Shown: positions 20,238 to 31,746, counted from the stretch's first letter. The stretch: DNA of 64,000 nt from an uncultured bacterium (GCA_963777505.1 CAVZQN010000004.1:1836387-1900386), one strand, 5' to 3'. Notes: generated by a model not told the origin, from the letters alone. Program-made: numbers and translations.

Positions 20238-20990
20238 AAACAACGCGGAAAACAATATGCGACGGAAGCCAAAAAAAATGGGGGTTGTTTGATAGCGTTC
20301 GGCAAGCAAGCTTCTATAGCGTTCCAGAAACTCATTCTTCAAGCGCTCATTTAATTTTTCAAGATACGGTAAAAGGGATGTCGCTGTTGTCCATTTCACC
20401 AGCGCATCTACATCATCAAGAATGTGTGGATAGATTTTTTCAAAGACTTTAATTTCTCTGCCGCCTTCTTTGTACAAAATGTCTGCATATTCAGCGATAT
20501 CCAAAACATTAGCAGGTTGTGTCCAACCTCGCAGTGCCGAAACGAAGGGTTCTTCGCTAGCTACAGCATGAATTTCTAAAAATACAGGATGGCTATGATT
20601 CGACGGAAGCTGAACCGCAAGTTGACCGCCCGGTTTTAACATTGAAAAGAATTTTTTCAATAGTGAGTGATGATTCGGAACCCAATGGATTGCAGCATGA
20701 GAAAAGATTAAGTCATACTTGCCATCGACATCCTCAATTCGTTTTTGTTCAAATCTCAAACCGTTCCGTTTGAAGTTTTGGGCATGTTCGAGCATTTCAG
20801 CCGAGGAGTCAAAACCGATTACATTGCTTTCAGGTAGATGATCCTGAAGGCGCGCGGTGAGTTCGCCGGTACCGCACCCAAGGTCGACTACATCAATTCC
20901 TGTGCGGGAAGGGATCAATTGGATCAAATCTTCAAATGGGGCAAACCGTTCATTCTTAAAACGAAGAAATAAGTCCGGATCCCATGGCAT
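20238..20990 (-). CDS. tam: Trans-aconitate 2-methyltransferase-like SAM methyltransferase; as given, reads in frame into the RAYT
   Basis: MPWDPDLF...ERFAPFEDL, VDLGCGTG, DSSAEML, AAIHWVPNH, FRRILF. Confidence 0.8.
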
Positions 20991-21056
20991 TCCTTTATTT
21001 TAACCCTTAGAATGGACGGAATAGCGCGTATGTGTTAAATTTACCTTCTAACATAT

Positions 21057-21365
21057 ATGCCAATTTACGAGTATGAGTGTGTGAACAATAAGCATCGTTT
21101 TGAAGTGATTCAAAAGTTCAGCGACGCATCTGTTGACCATTGTACGGTTTGCGGAGAGCCCGTTGAGCGATTAATTTCGTCACCCGCAATTCAGTTTAAG
21201 GGAAGTGGATGGTACATCACTGATTACGCCAGGTCAGGGTCATCCGATGCTTCTGAAAAGAAATCAACAGATAAACCTTCAACCGAAAGTCCAGCATCTA
21301 CGGATGCAAAATCTGAGAAGCCCGCACCTGCTGCGCCTGCTTCTTCGACTAAGACCGAACCCTAA
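21057..21365 (+). CDS. FmdB-family zinc-ribbon protein
   Basis: MPIYEYEC...CTVCG...FKGSGWYITDY. Confidence 0.9.
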   Translation: MPIYEYECVNNKHRFEVIQKFSDASVDHCTVCGEPVERLISSPAIQFKGSGWYITDYARSGSSDASEKKSTDKPSTESPASTDAKSEKPAPAAPASSTKTEP

Positions 21366-21373
21366 AGATTTTT

Positions 21374-22330
21374 GTGTATTTCACTTTACGAACGCTCCTT
21401 ATCATCTTAGTTCTCGCCGGAATTTCCATCAGCCAGGAAGAAGAAGAACAGGAATTCGAAGACACTGTTCAGATTGATTTGGTTGATGTTTATCTTTCTG
21501 CAACCGATAAAAAAGGAAATCCTGTAAAAGACCTGAAAGAGGATGAGATTATCATTAAGGAAGATGATGTAATCCAGAAGATTACGCATTTCTCAACTTC
21601 AGGGACCGAAGAAAAAAATGAAATGCCGATTGCCGTTGCGCTAGTGATTGATGCCAGCAATAGCATGCATGAGGGTACAAAAGAAGTTAAAAAGATCGAT
21701 ATTGCAAAGGATATCGGGCGCGAAGTAATTCAGTTGATGAGACCTCAAGACCAGGTAATGATTACTGCTTTCGATAGCCAGATTAAAATTAAAACCGAAT
21801 TGTTGTCCAGCGCCGGCGAAGCGGAAAAAGTCTTATCAGGCTTAACACCGAGTTACAGGCGCACAGCATTATGGGACGCGATCAGGGCATCATCCAAAGT
21901 CTTGCAAACTGTAGAGGGCCGCAGAGTGATGTTGATTTGTTCCGATGGGATCGATAATGCAAGTTCAGCCAAAGAAGAGGATGTCATTCCTGACGATTTA
22001 GTGAGCGGCGAAGTTATAGTTTTAGCACTGGGGACGATCGAATTCGAGCGTGGTCAACATGTTCATGGTGACGATGGGGAGTATAAAAAAGGGAAGAATA
22101 CGATGGAACTTCTTGCTGCTCGAACTGGAGGATATGCATTTTTTCCCAAGAAAGCACCAGAGCTTGAAGAGATGTTTCAAAAGATAAGATCTGGCGTTTG
22201 GAACTGGTATTCGATTGCTTATAACTCTTCAAATCCGGAAAAAGATGGAAATTGGCGTAAAATAGAGATAGAGACGAAGCGAAAAGGTGTTCGTCTAAAG
22301 TATCGCGAAGGATACTATGCATCGTCATAA
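21374..22330 (+). CDS. Secreted VWA-domain protein (Acidobacteria VWFA-related type)
   Basis: DASNSM MIDAS, TALWDAI, SDGID, TGGYAF, C-terminal DGNWRKIEI...YREGYYA. Confidence 0.85.
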   Translation: MYFTLRTLLIILVLAGISISQEEEEQEFEDTVQIDLVDVYLSATDKKGNPVKDLKEDEIIIKEDDVIQKITHFSTSGTEEKNEMPIAVALVIDASNSMHEGTKEVKKIDIAKDIGREVIQLMRPQDQVMITAFDSQIKIKTELLSSAGEAEKVLSGLTPSYRRTALWDAIRASSKVLQTVEGRRVMLICSDGIDNASSAKEEDVIPDDLVSGEVIVLALGTIEFERGQHVHGDDGEYKKGKNTMELLAARTGGYAFFPKKAPELEEMFQKIRSGVWNWYSIAYNSSNPEKDGNWRKIEIETKRKGVRLKYREGYYASS

Positions 22331-22414
22331 ACTATTTATGTAGAATTTGTTTCTGTTACTCTGGCCCACATGTTGCTGACTGTAATCGGCAACAAACGAC
22401 TCCCGGAGGGTCTT

Positions 22415-23747
22415 ATGAAACATGTCCATGTTTTGTTACTTCTCCTGCCAACTTTAATAACCATCAGTCCTGCCTCAGCTGAAGACTATGAGGTTTCTGT
22501 CACTACTGTAAACGTTTGGATCAGGGCTACTGATGGATCAGGAAATGCCATGACAGGACTTCAGATGTCGGATTTTGAAATTTTTGAAGATAAGAAGAAG
22601 ATGACGCCAACCTGTTTTGAAGAAGTTCATATTCAAATGCCGAGCTGACGAAAATCTTGCCGAGGAAACCAATGTTGGTCCAGCGACTCCGAAACGCATG
22701 ATTCTTTTTCTTGATTTGTACAATACTTCTCAGTTTGAGCTTGAACGAATCCGTCCGGAGTTGGATCGATTTATGTCCCGCGTTCACTTAAAAGGATGGG
22801 AAATGATGATGGTTGCCTTTCTTCCTACAGGGCAGCTGGGAATCATTTCACCTTTTACACGAAGTATCACAAGTATCCGTAAAGTTCTTGACCGGGCAAA
22901 AGGAAACGCTCAAAGAGACCAGCAACTTTCGCGAAATGATCAAGATCTCATTGAAATACTTGCACCTTTGAATATCGCCAAGGAAGATTCTGCTGATGAA
23001 CGCGACGCGGAAGGTAATCGAAACCCCGAATTCAACCAACGCAATGGGGCAGGGGTGGCAGATCAGGCGTTTTTTGACATGTCGATTAGTAATGCGTATC
23101 GGCAAGCAGAAGTTTTTGCGCGCCGGGAGAAGTATGCGGCTGAACATGCTTTTGGCGGTCTGGAAAGTTTTGGAGAATATTACGGCAAAAATCTTTCTGC
23201 CGGTGAGCATACTCTCATTATCTTTGTCTCGGGAGGAATTAATTCAGATCCAGGGAGGCGTTACTTTGAAATTGTGAATAGTTATGTTGAAGGGACGGCT
23301 GCAAATGTGGATCCTGGTGACTTTATTCTGAAGTCCGGTACCGTTGTTAAAGAGAATAATTTTGATCTTGAACGTCTCGTTAACAAAAGTATCGGAAAAC
23401 TCAATCGATACAACTTAACCCTCTATGCGATGAATACGCGTGGCTTGCCTTCTTCAGGCTCCGACATTACGAAAGCGGAAGCAAATTTCGCGGCGCTGGA
23501 CGTAAATTTTCTTAAAGATTATCAGGATTCGCTCGCGCATATGGCGGAAGAGACCGGCGGATTCTCGTTTCAAAATTCACAAAACTTTAAGGTAGGACTG
23601 GATAGTGTGTTGAATGATATCAGCCATCAATATCTGGTTTGTTATCGATCACCGGATCATAAAAAGGCGGACGAATATCATTCAATTAAAGTCGTGGCAA
23701 AAAAGCCAGGCTTGAAATTACGATACAGACAAGGCTACGTAGATTAA
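22415..23747 (+). CDS. Secreted VWA-domain protein; frameshift near 22.64 kb
   Basis: Signal peptide and ATDGSGNAMTGL...DFEIFED in ORF1; MAEETGG...YLVCY...YRQGY in ORF2. Confidence 0.75.
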
Positions 23748-23796
23748 GGGGCCGCAAGCTTCCAGCCTGCATCGGGGATTGCGGACTTCTAGTCCG

Positions 23797-25125
23797 CTAG
23801 GCCAACGAATTTTTTCGGGCGGCAATTTTTTCGCGAAGGGTATTCCGTGAAATTCCAAGCACACGAGCGGCAGTTGCTTGATTGTGATTCACTTTAGGCA
23901 TCACAAGTTCAATCAGCATTTGCTTCATCTGTTCCATAAATTCTTCGTAAAGTGAACCCTTTTTCCAACGCACTTCACATTCTTTCAAAACATCTTCAAT
24001 CAGATTCGAAAATTGATTCGCACGGTCAAGATTCAATGGAACATTAAATCCCTGACAAATCCTCCAGGAGTCCGGTGTTAGAATTCCTGACGGTTCAATT
24101 AGCATCATCCGTTCTATCACATTGGATAATTCTTGAATATTTCCTGGCCATGGATATTCCTGCATAATCCGAAGGATTTCCGTGGAAATTGACTTCACCG
24201 GAATTTTCATTGAACGCGCTGAACGTTGAATAAAATGTTCTGCAATCATGTGTACATCTTCAGAATGTTCTCTTAACGCGGGAATTCGCAGCGTTGCCTC
24301 TGTATTGTGGACACCCTCTTCAAGAAACGGAGCAGATTCCTGGTAAGAAGCAATCACACGGATAGAAGAATGCGCGCCACGATCAAGAATTTCGGTCTGT
24401 TGATCTGTATTCAGCTGTTCAACATGACTCAAAAATAAGATTCCATCATCATGCCGTTTTCTTGCTTCCTGAAGTCCTATTCCAATAAGGCCAGGCACTG
24501 GAATTCCGTCGTATCGCGAAATTTGTTGCAGCAATCTGCAGTCATAGTTCAGAAAAGGTGAATCTCTTTTGCAGGATAACCGATACATTCCATACGCAAG
24601 ATGTTCTTTTCCTGTCCCTGTTTCGCCTGAAATAACGACTGGTTTATTCTCGCGTGTGAGAGCCCGCGCGCGGTTATTTATTTCTCGTATTTTTGAATTT
24701 GTTCCAAGGAGCAATTCGGCTCGTACGGGGCCTGGCTTTTTTGCCGGACGCGCATTCATCCATGCAACGGCTTCTCTGATCCTTCTGGCGATCCGGCCGA
24801 TATTTTGTCCTACAGAAAAATAATCAAATACACCATACTGAAGAACGTGGATTGCCGTTTCAATGTTTCCAACATGCGAAATTACAATGATCGGAACAGA
24901 ACCATCATGGCGCGATAACCATTCCTGATGTTTTAAATCAAATTCATTTTTTATTTTTACAATGAGAACGATCGCTTTTCTTGCTTTAGCAAATTTTTGC
25001 GGAGACCCTGAAAGGTTTTGCGCTTTTGCTTCAAGCAAATATCCATCAGAATGACGAACTAACTTTTTATAAAAAGAATCTTCTGATCCACAATAAACGA
25101 CACGTTGGACGTTAGTTCGATTCAT
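23797..25125 (-). CDS. Atypical NtrC/Fis-family regulator (degenerate receiver, AAA+ lacking GAFTGA, HTH)
   Basis: GETGTGKE, YPWPGNIQEL, NQATAARVLGISRNTLR; Walker B reads LFLSHV. Confidence 0.8.
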   Translation of the reverse strand: MNRTNVQRVVYCGSEDSFYKKLVRHSDGYLLEAKAQNLSGSPQKFAKARKAIVLIVKIKNEFDLKHQEWLSRHDGSVPIIVISHVGNIETAIHVLQYGVFDYFSVGQNIGRIARRIREAVAWMNARPAKKPGPVRAELLLGTNSKIREINNRARALTRENKPVVISGETGTGKEHLAYGMYRLSCKRDSPFLNYDCRLLQQISRYDGIPVPGLIGIGLQEARKRHDDGILFLSHVEQLNTDQQTEILDRGAHSSIRVIASYQESAPFLEEGVHNTEATLRIPALREHSEDVHMIAEHFIQRSARSMKIPVKSISTEILRIMQEYPWPGNIQELSNVIERMMLIEPSGILTPDSWRICQGFNVPLNLDRANQFSNLIEDVLKECEVRWKKGSLYEEFMEQMKQMLIELVMPKVNHNQATAARVLGISRNTLREKIAARKNSLA

Positions 25126-25149
25126 GATTAATCCTAAAGAACTTTGAAA

Positions 25150-26022
25150 CTAGCGAAGCTTCAGCGTTAAGAGATACTCGCGAAAGGCTTCTCCAAGATC
25201 TTTTCGCTTCAAGGCAAATTCTACGGTTGCTTTCAGGAAACCAAGTTTGTTTCCTGCATCATACCGGGTGCCTTTAAATTTATACCCAAAAATGGGTCTC
25301 TCTTTCAACAAAAGTTTTAAGCCATTTGTAAGTTGAATTTCTGATTTGTGATCCGGTGTCACATTTGAGAGAGCGTCAAATAAATCCGGTGTTAAAACAT
25401 AGCGACCAATGATCGCCAAATTTGATGGTGCCTCTTTACGAGACGGTTTTTCAATCAAATCTGTGATTTCGTACAAATTTTCAGCAACTTGTTTGCCTGC
25501 AATGATTCCGTAAGAACTGACGTGATCCATGGAAACTTCTTCGACTGCAACGACGGGATGTTGTTTCTCGTAAAACACATCTAACAACTGTTTCATGCAT
25601 GGTATTTCGGAATCGATAATGTCATCTCCAAGAAAACAGGCAAAAGGTTCATTTCCAACCAAGTCCCGTGCGGTAAGAATAGCGTGGCCGAGCCCTAGGG
25701 CTTCTTTCTGTCTCACATATGAAACATTAATCATGTCGGAAATGGATCGAACGATTGCCAGTAATTCCTTTTCTCCACGCTGTTCAAGAATTTTTTCAAG
25801 TTCAAATGAAACATCAAAGTGATCTTCGATTGCCATCTTTCCCCGGCCAGTAATTAAGATGACATTTTCAATGCCTGAGGCGAGAGCTTCTTCAAAGCCG
25901 TATTGAATCAAAGGTTTGTCGACCAGTGGAAGCATCTCTTTGGGTTGTGCTTTTGTAGCGGGAAGAAAGCGGGTGCCAAGCCCCGCGGCAGGGAAGACTG
26001 CTTTTCGTACTCTGGTGGTCAT
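25150..26022 (-). CDS. galU: UTP-glucose-1-phosphate uridylyltransferase
   Basis: KAVFPAAGLGTRFLPATKAQPKEMLP, LGLGHA, EIQLT. Confidence 0.97.
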   Translation of the reverse strand: MTTRVRKAVFPAAGLGTRFLPATKAQPKEMLPLVDKPLIQYGFEEALASGIENVILITGRGKMAIEDHFDVSFELEKILEQRGEKELLAIVRSISDMINVSYVRQKEALGLGHAILTARDLVGNEPFACFLGDDIIDSEIPCMKQLLDVFYEKQHPVVAVEEVSMDHVSSYGIIAGKQVAENLYEITDLIEKPSRKEAPSNLAIIGRYVLTPDLFDALSNVTPDHKSEIQLTNGLKLLLKERPIFGYKFKGTRYDAGNKLGFLKATVEFALKRKDLGEAFREYLLTLKLR

Positions 26023-26070
26023 GATTGTTTCTGAAATATTTATTTTTTGCTTTGCGTCTTTGTGGTTGTT

Positions 26071-26793
26071 CTAAAAATCGCCGCGTTCGTATTGTATTAT
26101 TGCAGCCAGAGCAAGTCCAGCCGTTTCAACACGCATGATTCGCGATCCGAGATGCACTTTTGTAAATCCTGCATCTTCAAACGCCTGAGTTTCGAGCTCT
26201 GTCCAACCTCCTTCAGGTCCTACTACAAATATAGTACTATCATTGGTACTCGCAGTATTCGACAGCAGTTCTCGTAAAGGATGTGAGCCCTGGCGTTCAT
26301 GGAGTAGAAGCTTGAGGCCGGAGAAAGAATGACTGAGGAAATTATTGATTGATTCGGGTGGAAAAACAGTAGCAGGAAACACATTTTCGCTCTGCTCAGC
26401 GGCTTGCACCGAAATTTCATTCCATCGCTGAAGTTTTTTTTGCACATTTTCCGGGCGAACAATTGTTCGATCGGAAATGAGCGGATAAATTTCTGAAATT
26501 CCAAGTTCGGTTGCTTTTTGAATCAGCCACTCAAAGCGTTCACCTTTCGGAATTGCCTGGCCGAGAATCAATTTATGTTCCGGAGCTTGCACCGGCAGCG
26601 GCTTAATCATACGGATCAAAACGCCATCCGGTAGAACAGTCTCAATTGCAGCTTCCCAGCATTTTCCTGGAATCGCTATTTCAAGAGCGTCTCCCTCTTT
26701 CATCCGCATAACACGGATCAATCGTTTTTTAATTTCACGATTGAGAAGAAGCCTTCCGTTTTGAAAGTCAGCAGTGGGGAGAAATAATCGCAT
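26071..26793 (-). CDS. rsmE: 16S rRNA m3U1498 methyltransferase
   Basis: QKATELG, AAEQS, VGPEGG, LGSRIMRVETA. Confidence 0.92.
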   Translation of the reverse strand: MRLFLPTADFQNGRLLLNREIKKRLIRVMRMKEGDALEIAIPGKCWEAAIETVLPDGVLIRMIKPLPVQAPEHKLILGQAIPKGERFEWLIQKATELGISEIYPLISDRTIVRPENVQKKLQRWNEISVQAAEQSENVFPATVFPPESINNFLSHSFSGLKLLLHERQGSHPLRELLSNTASTNDSTIFVVGPEGGWTELETQAFEDAGFTKVHLGSRIMRVETAGLALAAIIQYERGDF

Positions 26794-26801
26794 GGTGTTT
26801 A

Positions 26802-26874
26802 GTAGGGGCGGGTCTAAGACCCGCCCGAAGACATAAGCCAATTATAAACGGGCGGGTCTTAGACCCGCTCCTAC
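26802..26874. repeat. REPIN: two inverted GTAG REPs
   Basis: GTAGGGGCGGGTCTAAGACCCGCCCG (26802-26827) and an inverted copy (26849-26874). Confidence 0.9.
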
Positions 26875-26885
26875 TATCGGAGAAA

Positions 26886-28019
26886 TTATTCCAGCAGGTC
26901 TTTTACTTTTTCGAGTACGCCGCGTTCTTGAGGTGAGATATGTTCCTTCCGGGATTTTGCCAAATCTTTTAAAAGTTTCCGTTCATTTCCAGACCAATTG
27001 GAAGGAATTTTTACATTGAATTGAACGTGCAAATCTCCACGGCCGAATGAGTTCAAATGAGGTACGCCTTTCCCTCGCAACGTGTGAATCATTCCTGGCT
27101 GCGTTCCTTCCAATATTTTGATTTTCTCTTCGCCATCCGGAGTTTTTACAGTGATCACATCACCCATAGCCGCCTGCAACATGGAGATTTCTTTTTCACA
27201 AAACAGATCAGCATTACGGCGTTTGTAAAATGAATGTTCATTCACTTCGATGAGTACATAAAGATCTCCAGAACCTCCGCCACGGATTCCTGCTTCGCCT
27301 TCTCCTTTTACCTTTAAGCGGTTCCCTGTATCGACTCCAGGTGGAATTTTCACGCTGATCATTTTTTCTTCTTCAGTTCTGCCTGAGCCACTACATTTTA
27401 TGCACGCATCTTTTAATACTTGTCCTGTCCCGGAACATTGCGGACACGTCCGCGCAATGGTTACAAAACCTTGATTGTAACGAACCTGACCATACCCGTT
27501 GCAAGTTGGACAAGTGATTCGGCTTTCACTTGAAGTAGAGCCGGTTCCATTACACAGAGTGCAGGAATCGAGTCTATTGAATATCAATTGTTTTTCGATT
27601 CCTGAAATGGTTTCTTCTAAGGAAATTTCCAAATGATATTGCAAATCTGCGCCGCGAACGGGCCCACCACGGCGTTTGCGTCCGCCGGCGGCTGTTCCAA
27701 AAAAATCACCAAAAAAGAAATTTCCTAAAATATCGCTGAAATCTGCAAACAGATCCGGATTAAATCCTGCTCCACCACCTGCCGAACTACTCACTCCAGA
27801 ATGACCGTATCGATCATATAAAGTTCGCTTTTCCTTATCGCCAAGTACGGAATAGGCTTCTGCTGCCTCTTTGAATTGCTCTTCTGCCGCTTTATCCCCA
27901 GGGTTTCGATCGGGATGGCATTTCATCGCGATTTTGCGATATGAGCTTTTGATTTCCTGGTCGCTGGCTCCACGCGTTACACCAAGCACTTCATAGTAAT
28001 CGCGTTTCAATGTTGGCAT
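26886..28019 (-). CDS. dnaJ: Chaperone DnaJ
   Basis: HPD J-domain, four CxxCxGxG repeats, G/F-rich region. Confidence 0.97.
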   Translation of the reverse strand: MPTLKRDYYEVLGVTRGASDQEIKSSYRKIAMKCHPDRNPGDKAAEEQFKEAAEAYSVLGDKEKRTLYDRYGHSGVSSSAGGGAGFNPDLFADFSDILGNFFFGDFFGTAAGGRKRRGGPVRGADLQYHLEISLEETISGIEKQLIFNRLDSCTLCNGTGSTSSESRITCPTCNGYGQVRYNQGFVTIARTCPQCSGTGQVLKDACIKCSGSGRTEEEKMISVKIPPGVDTGNRLKVKGEGEAGIRGGGSGDLYVLIEVNEHSFYKRRNADLFCEKEISMLQAAMGDVITVKTPDGEEKIKILEGTQPGMIHTLRGKGVPHLNSFGRGDLHVQFNVKIPSNWSGNERKLLKDLAKSRKEHISPQERGVLEKVKDLLE

Positions 28020-28037
28020 TTTGGGAATTTCCTTGTT

Positions 28038-29858
28038 TTATATAGAAAAATCGCTACGCAGCATCGCCTGTGCAAGAAGAGTGGATGCTCTTTGCATTGC
28101 TTCCAATGAATCTTTCATTCTTTGTGTATCATTTTCGCCCACAGCTTCTTCCGCATCTTTAAATACGGATTCAAGCGTTGCTTGTTCATGTTCATCGAGC
28201 TTCGTGGCAAATTGTTGATACACTTTACGATTCGATGCAAGAAGCTGATCGAGCTGGCTCTTTACTTCATCCAGTTCACGGCGGTCGGAAACCTCCCGCT
28301 GTTCTGATATCGTATCGTTTGCAAGGCGTGTAACTTCTTCGCGTGAGAGTCCGCTTGAAGGCGAAATTAAGATAGCTTGTTTCAATCCTGTATTTGAATC
28401 TCGCGCTGATACCTGAACGATACCATTTGCATCAATATCAAACGTAACATCGATTTGTGGAACTCCTTTTGGAGCAGGCAGGATTCCGGTTAGTTCAAAC
28501 TTACCCAGTGATTTATTTTGATAAGCTTTTTCTCCTTCCCCTTGTAGAATATTAATTTCAACCGCTCCCTGATTGTCAGTTACAGTTGTGAATATTAATG
28601 ATTTACGGGTCGGAATCGTTGTGTTTTTATCGATAATCACCTGGAAATTACTTCCACGAGTTTCAATCCCGAGTGGTAACGGCGTTACATCAAGCAGAAC
28701 TACATCTTTCACTTCTGCATTCAGTACTGCTCCCTGAACCGCCGCGCCCATGGCTACAACTTCATCAGGATTGATTTCACGATTAGGTTCTTTGCCGAAG
28801 ATTTTCTTAACACGATCAATGACTTTAGGAGTACGAGTTTGACCGCCAACAAGAATAATTTGATTTAGTTTTTCAGGCTTGATCCCGGCATCTTTCAGAG
28901 CTTCAAAACATGGTTTTTCAATCTGCTCTAACAAATCTTCAATCAAACCTTCAAATTTCGTTCGTTGCAGCATCAAATCCAGATGTTTGGGCCCGTTTTG
29001 ATCGGCTGTAATAAACGGAAGATTGATCTTCGTTTCATTTGTTGTGGAAAGTTCGCATTTTGCTTTTTCCGCAGCTTCCTTAATGCGCTGCATTGCCATG
29101 CGATCCGATGACAGATCAATCGAAGTTTGCTGTGAGAATTCCTCAAGCATCCACGCAATGACACGTCGGTCAAAATCTTCACCGCCAAGAAATGTATTTC
29201 CGTTTGTGGCTAAAACTTCAAATACTCCTTCGGCAATTTCAAGGATCGTGATATCGAATGTGCCGCCGCCAAGATCGAAGACTGCAATCGTTTCATGAAC
29301 TGATTTATTCAAACCATAAGCGAGGGCAGCAGCCGTTGGCTCATTGATAATCCTTTTTACATTTAAACCCGCAATCTGTCCCGCATCTTTTGTTGCCTGG
29401 CGCTGGCTGTCATTAAAATGCGCCGGAACGGTAATAATTGCATCCGCCACTTCGTACCCCAAATATTCTTCCGAATACCTTTTAATGTATTGAAGAACAT
29501 GTGAAGAAATTTCTTCGGGACTGTACTCATGGTCCTTAATTTTGATCCGGATATCTCCATTTGGCGCGCGGTTCAATTGATATGGGATGTAGTTCCGTAC
29601 AGTGTTGATTTCCGGAGAATCATATTTGCGGCCGATTAACCGCTTTACTGCGGAAATCGTGTTGATAGGATTTACGACTGCTTGTCGTTTTGCAATTTGT
29701 CCGACAAGACGATCTCCTTTTTCTGAAAATGCAACAATGGACGGCGTGGTTCGTGCGCCTTCCAAATTTGGAAGCACTTGTGGTACGCCATTTTCAAAAA
29801 TCGCCGCACATGAGTTTGTGGTCCCCAGATCTATGCCGATTATTCTTTCGTCTGCCAT
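28038..29858 (-). CDS. dnaK: Hsp70 chaperone DnaK
   Basis: [32 protein letters not shown]; located in the hrcA-grpE-dnaJ operon. Confidence 0.95.
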   Translation of the reverse strand: MADERIIGIDLGTTNSCAAIFENGVPQVLPNLEGARTTPSIVAFSEKGDRLVGQIAKRQAVVNPINTISAVKRLIGRKYDSPEINTVRNYIPYQLNRAPNGDIRIKIKDHEYSPEEISSHVLQYIKRYSEEYLGYEVADAIITVPAHFNDSQRQATKDAGQIAGLNVKRIINEPTAAALAYGLNKSVHETIAVFDLGGGTFDITILEIAEGVFEVLATNGNTFLGGEDFDRRVIAWMLEEFSQQTSIDLSSDRMAMQRIKEAAEKAKCELSTTNETKINLPFITADQNGPKHLDLMLQRTKFEGLIEDLLEQIEKPCFEALKDAGIKPEKLNQIILVGGQTRTPKVIDRVKKIFGKEPNREINPDEVVAMGAAVQGAVLNAEVKDVVLLDVTPLPLGIETRGSNFQVIIDKNTTIPTRKSLIFTTVTDNQGAVEINILQGEGEKAYQNKSLGKFELTGILPAPKGVPQIDVTFDIDANGIVQVSARDSNTGLKQAILISPSSGLSREEVTRLANDTISEQREVSDRRELDEVKSQLDQLLASNRKVYQQFATKLDEHEQATLESVFKDAEEAVGENDTQRMKDSLEAMQRASTLLAQAMLRSDFSI

Positions 29859-29898
29859 TCTTTACTCGCTTTTCATCCCATGAGAATCAAGATTGTAT

Positions 29899-30585
29899 TT
29901 ATTCTTCCTGAGGCGGAGCCTCTTCGGTATCACCCTTACCAGTCTTTCTAAAACTGACTTTCACCATTGCAGGGCGTAACAATTTTTCACGGAAAAAATA
30001 ACCCTTTTGGAATTCTTCCAGGATTGTATTCTCCGGAACGTCATCTCTTTCTTCGCGAGTAATCGCTTCATGAAAATTTGGATCAAAAATCTTCCCAATT
30101 GAGTCGATCGCTCGTAATCCTTTTTTCTCCAGTCCATCTTTCAACTGACGATAAATTAGTTCAACACCTTTTTGATAATCAGAACCCACCTGATCATCCG
30201 CATGAGAAAGTGCTCTTTCAAAGTTGTCCAGAATTGTTAGCAGTTCATACATGAAATCAGAAAGAGCATACATCTGATATTCACGTTTCTCTTTTTCTGC
30301 GCGTTTACGAAAGTTTTCAAAATCGGCGTGTTTGCGCAGCAAACGATCGTGAATGTCATCTTTTTCACGCCGCAGTTCGAACAATTGCTTTTCCAAATCG
30401 GCAATCTGTGCGCTGTCCGGTGGGTCAGCGACTACCAGATTTGTTTCTTCATCGGCAACATTATCCGAATACGGATCTTCTTCATCAATTACTTTGATGT
30501 AGATTTCCTCTTCATCTTTGCCATTCCCTTTAGATCCTGTTAATTCATCAAGATCTTCGGGAAGGTCATCATTTTCGTCTACCAT
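29899..30585 (-). CDS. grpE: Nucleotide exchange factor GrpE
   Basis: ADFENFRKR, DNFERAL, FDPNFHEA, LLRPAMVKV. Confidence 0.96.
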   Translation of the reverse strand: MVDENDDLPEDLDELTGSKGNGKDEEEIYIKVIDEEDPYSDNVADEETNLVVADPPDSAQIADLEKQLFELRREKDDIHDRLLRKHADFENFRKRAEKEKREYQMYALSDFMYELLTILDNFERALSHADDQVGSDYQKGVELIYRQLKDGLEKKGLRAIDSIGKIFDPNFHEAITREERDDVPENTILEEFQKGYFFREKLLRPAMVKVSFRKTGKGDTEEAPPQEE

Positions 30586-30638
30586 GGTCTTCTATTGCGT
30601 ATCATAGAGCAACACTCGCGCTTGTGCCTATGTACGTT

Positions 30639-31688
30639 TCAATTCTCCTTACTTAAAATACTGCTGACTACCTTTGCGATATGATCCACAAGGGGAATCA
30701 TACGCCCATATTCCATTCTTGTTGGTCCTAGAATTCCAACAGTTCCAACAGCTTCATCATAGTATTTATATGCTGCTGAAATTAATGAAAGCCCTTTTAG
30801 TTCGGGATTGCGGCTTTCCGAACCGATTACAATATGAATGCCTTCTCCTTCGATGCATTGCGTGAGAATGCGGACAATTTTGCTTTTTTCTTCCAGTGCT
30901 TCAAGAATGTTACGAGTCGCATGAATGTTCGCAAACTCAGGATAGTAAACAAGCTGTGAAGCTCCTGTTACTACAAGATTTTCATCGGCAATTGTCGAAT
31001 CCAACATCTTTTTCCCAAGGATCATCGCCTTTTTAACGATTTGATCAAATTGTGTTTGCTCCTGCTTCATTAAATCGAGAATCCGTTTTCGGATTGAAGG
31101 CAGGGTCTGTGTACTGAATTCATTTCTAATGTAATTCGCAATCCTTGTTAATTCTGCTTGTGTCACAGGCTCTTCAAGTTCAATGATTTTGTTGCTGACA
31201 ACACCTCCTTTCGTTATGAGGATTGCCAGGACCCGGCAGCTGTTAATTAGAACAAAATCAATATTCTCAAGCACAAGCTTCTGCAGGTTGGGAGTCATTG
31301 CCAGCGCAATACTGTGGGACAAATGCGACATAAGTTCAGTTGTTAACAAAAGCAAATTCTGCAAATCGCCGCCGCGCTGCTGCATCTGAGCTTCAATCAT
31401 TTCTCTCTGTGACGAATTTAAGCTTTGATTTTTCATCAAGTATTTGACATAAAAGCGATAACCCTGATCCGTTGGAATTCTTCCGGCGGAAGTATGTGGT
31501 TGAGAGATATAACCCATTTGTTCCAGGTCGGACAATACATTTCGGATCGTTGCGGGACTTAACCCTAACTTAATCTTTTTCGAAAGAGTGCGTGACCCGA
31601 CGGGTTCGCCTGTGATGCAGTAATGTGATATCAGCTCTTTTAGTATTCTTTTACTTCTGTCGTCGAGCTGTTCCTCGCGGCTTTTCAT
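30639..31688 (-). CDS. hrcA: Heat-inducible transcription repressor HrcA
   Basis: EPVGSRTL, SPATIRN, QPHTSAGRIPT, GPTRMEY. Confidence 0.96.
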   Translation of the reverse strand: MKSREEQLDDRSKRILKELISHYCITGEPVGSRTLSKKIKLGLSPATIRNVLSDLEQMGYISQPHTSAGRIPTDQGYRFYVKYLMKNQSLNSSQREMIEAQMQQRGGDLQNLLLLTTELMSHLSHSIALAMTPNLQKLVLENIDFVLINSCRVLAILITKGGVVSNKIIELEEPVTQAELTRIANYIRNEFSTQTLPSIRKRILDLMKQEQTQFDQIVKKAMILGKKMLDSTIADENLVVTGASQLVYYPEFANIHATRNILEALEEKSKIVRILTQCIEGEGIHIVIGSESRNPELKGLSLISAAYKYYDEAVGTVGILGPTRMEYGRMIPLVDHIAKVVSSILSKEN

Positions 31689-31717
31689 GTCCCCTTATGA
31701 GCAAAATCTCCCCAAAA

Positions 31718-31746
31718 AATGTAACATCCGTCGACGGGTTTGTCAA
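31718..31746 (-). promoter_or_regulatory. sigma70 promoter of the hrcA operon
   Basis: Minus strand TTGACA-17nt-TACATT; spacer contains the palindrome CCGTCGACGG. Confidence 0.65.
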
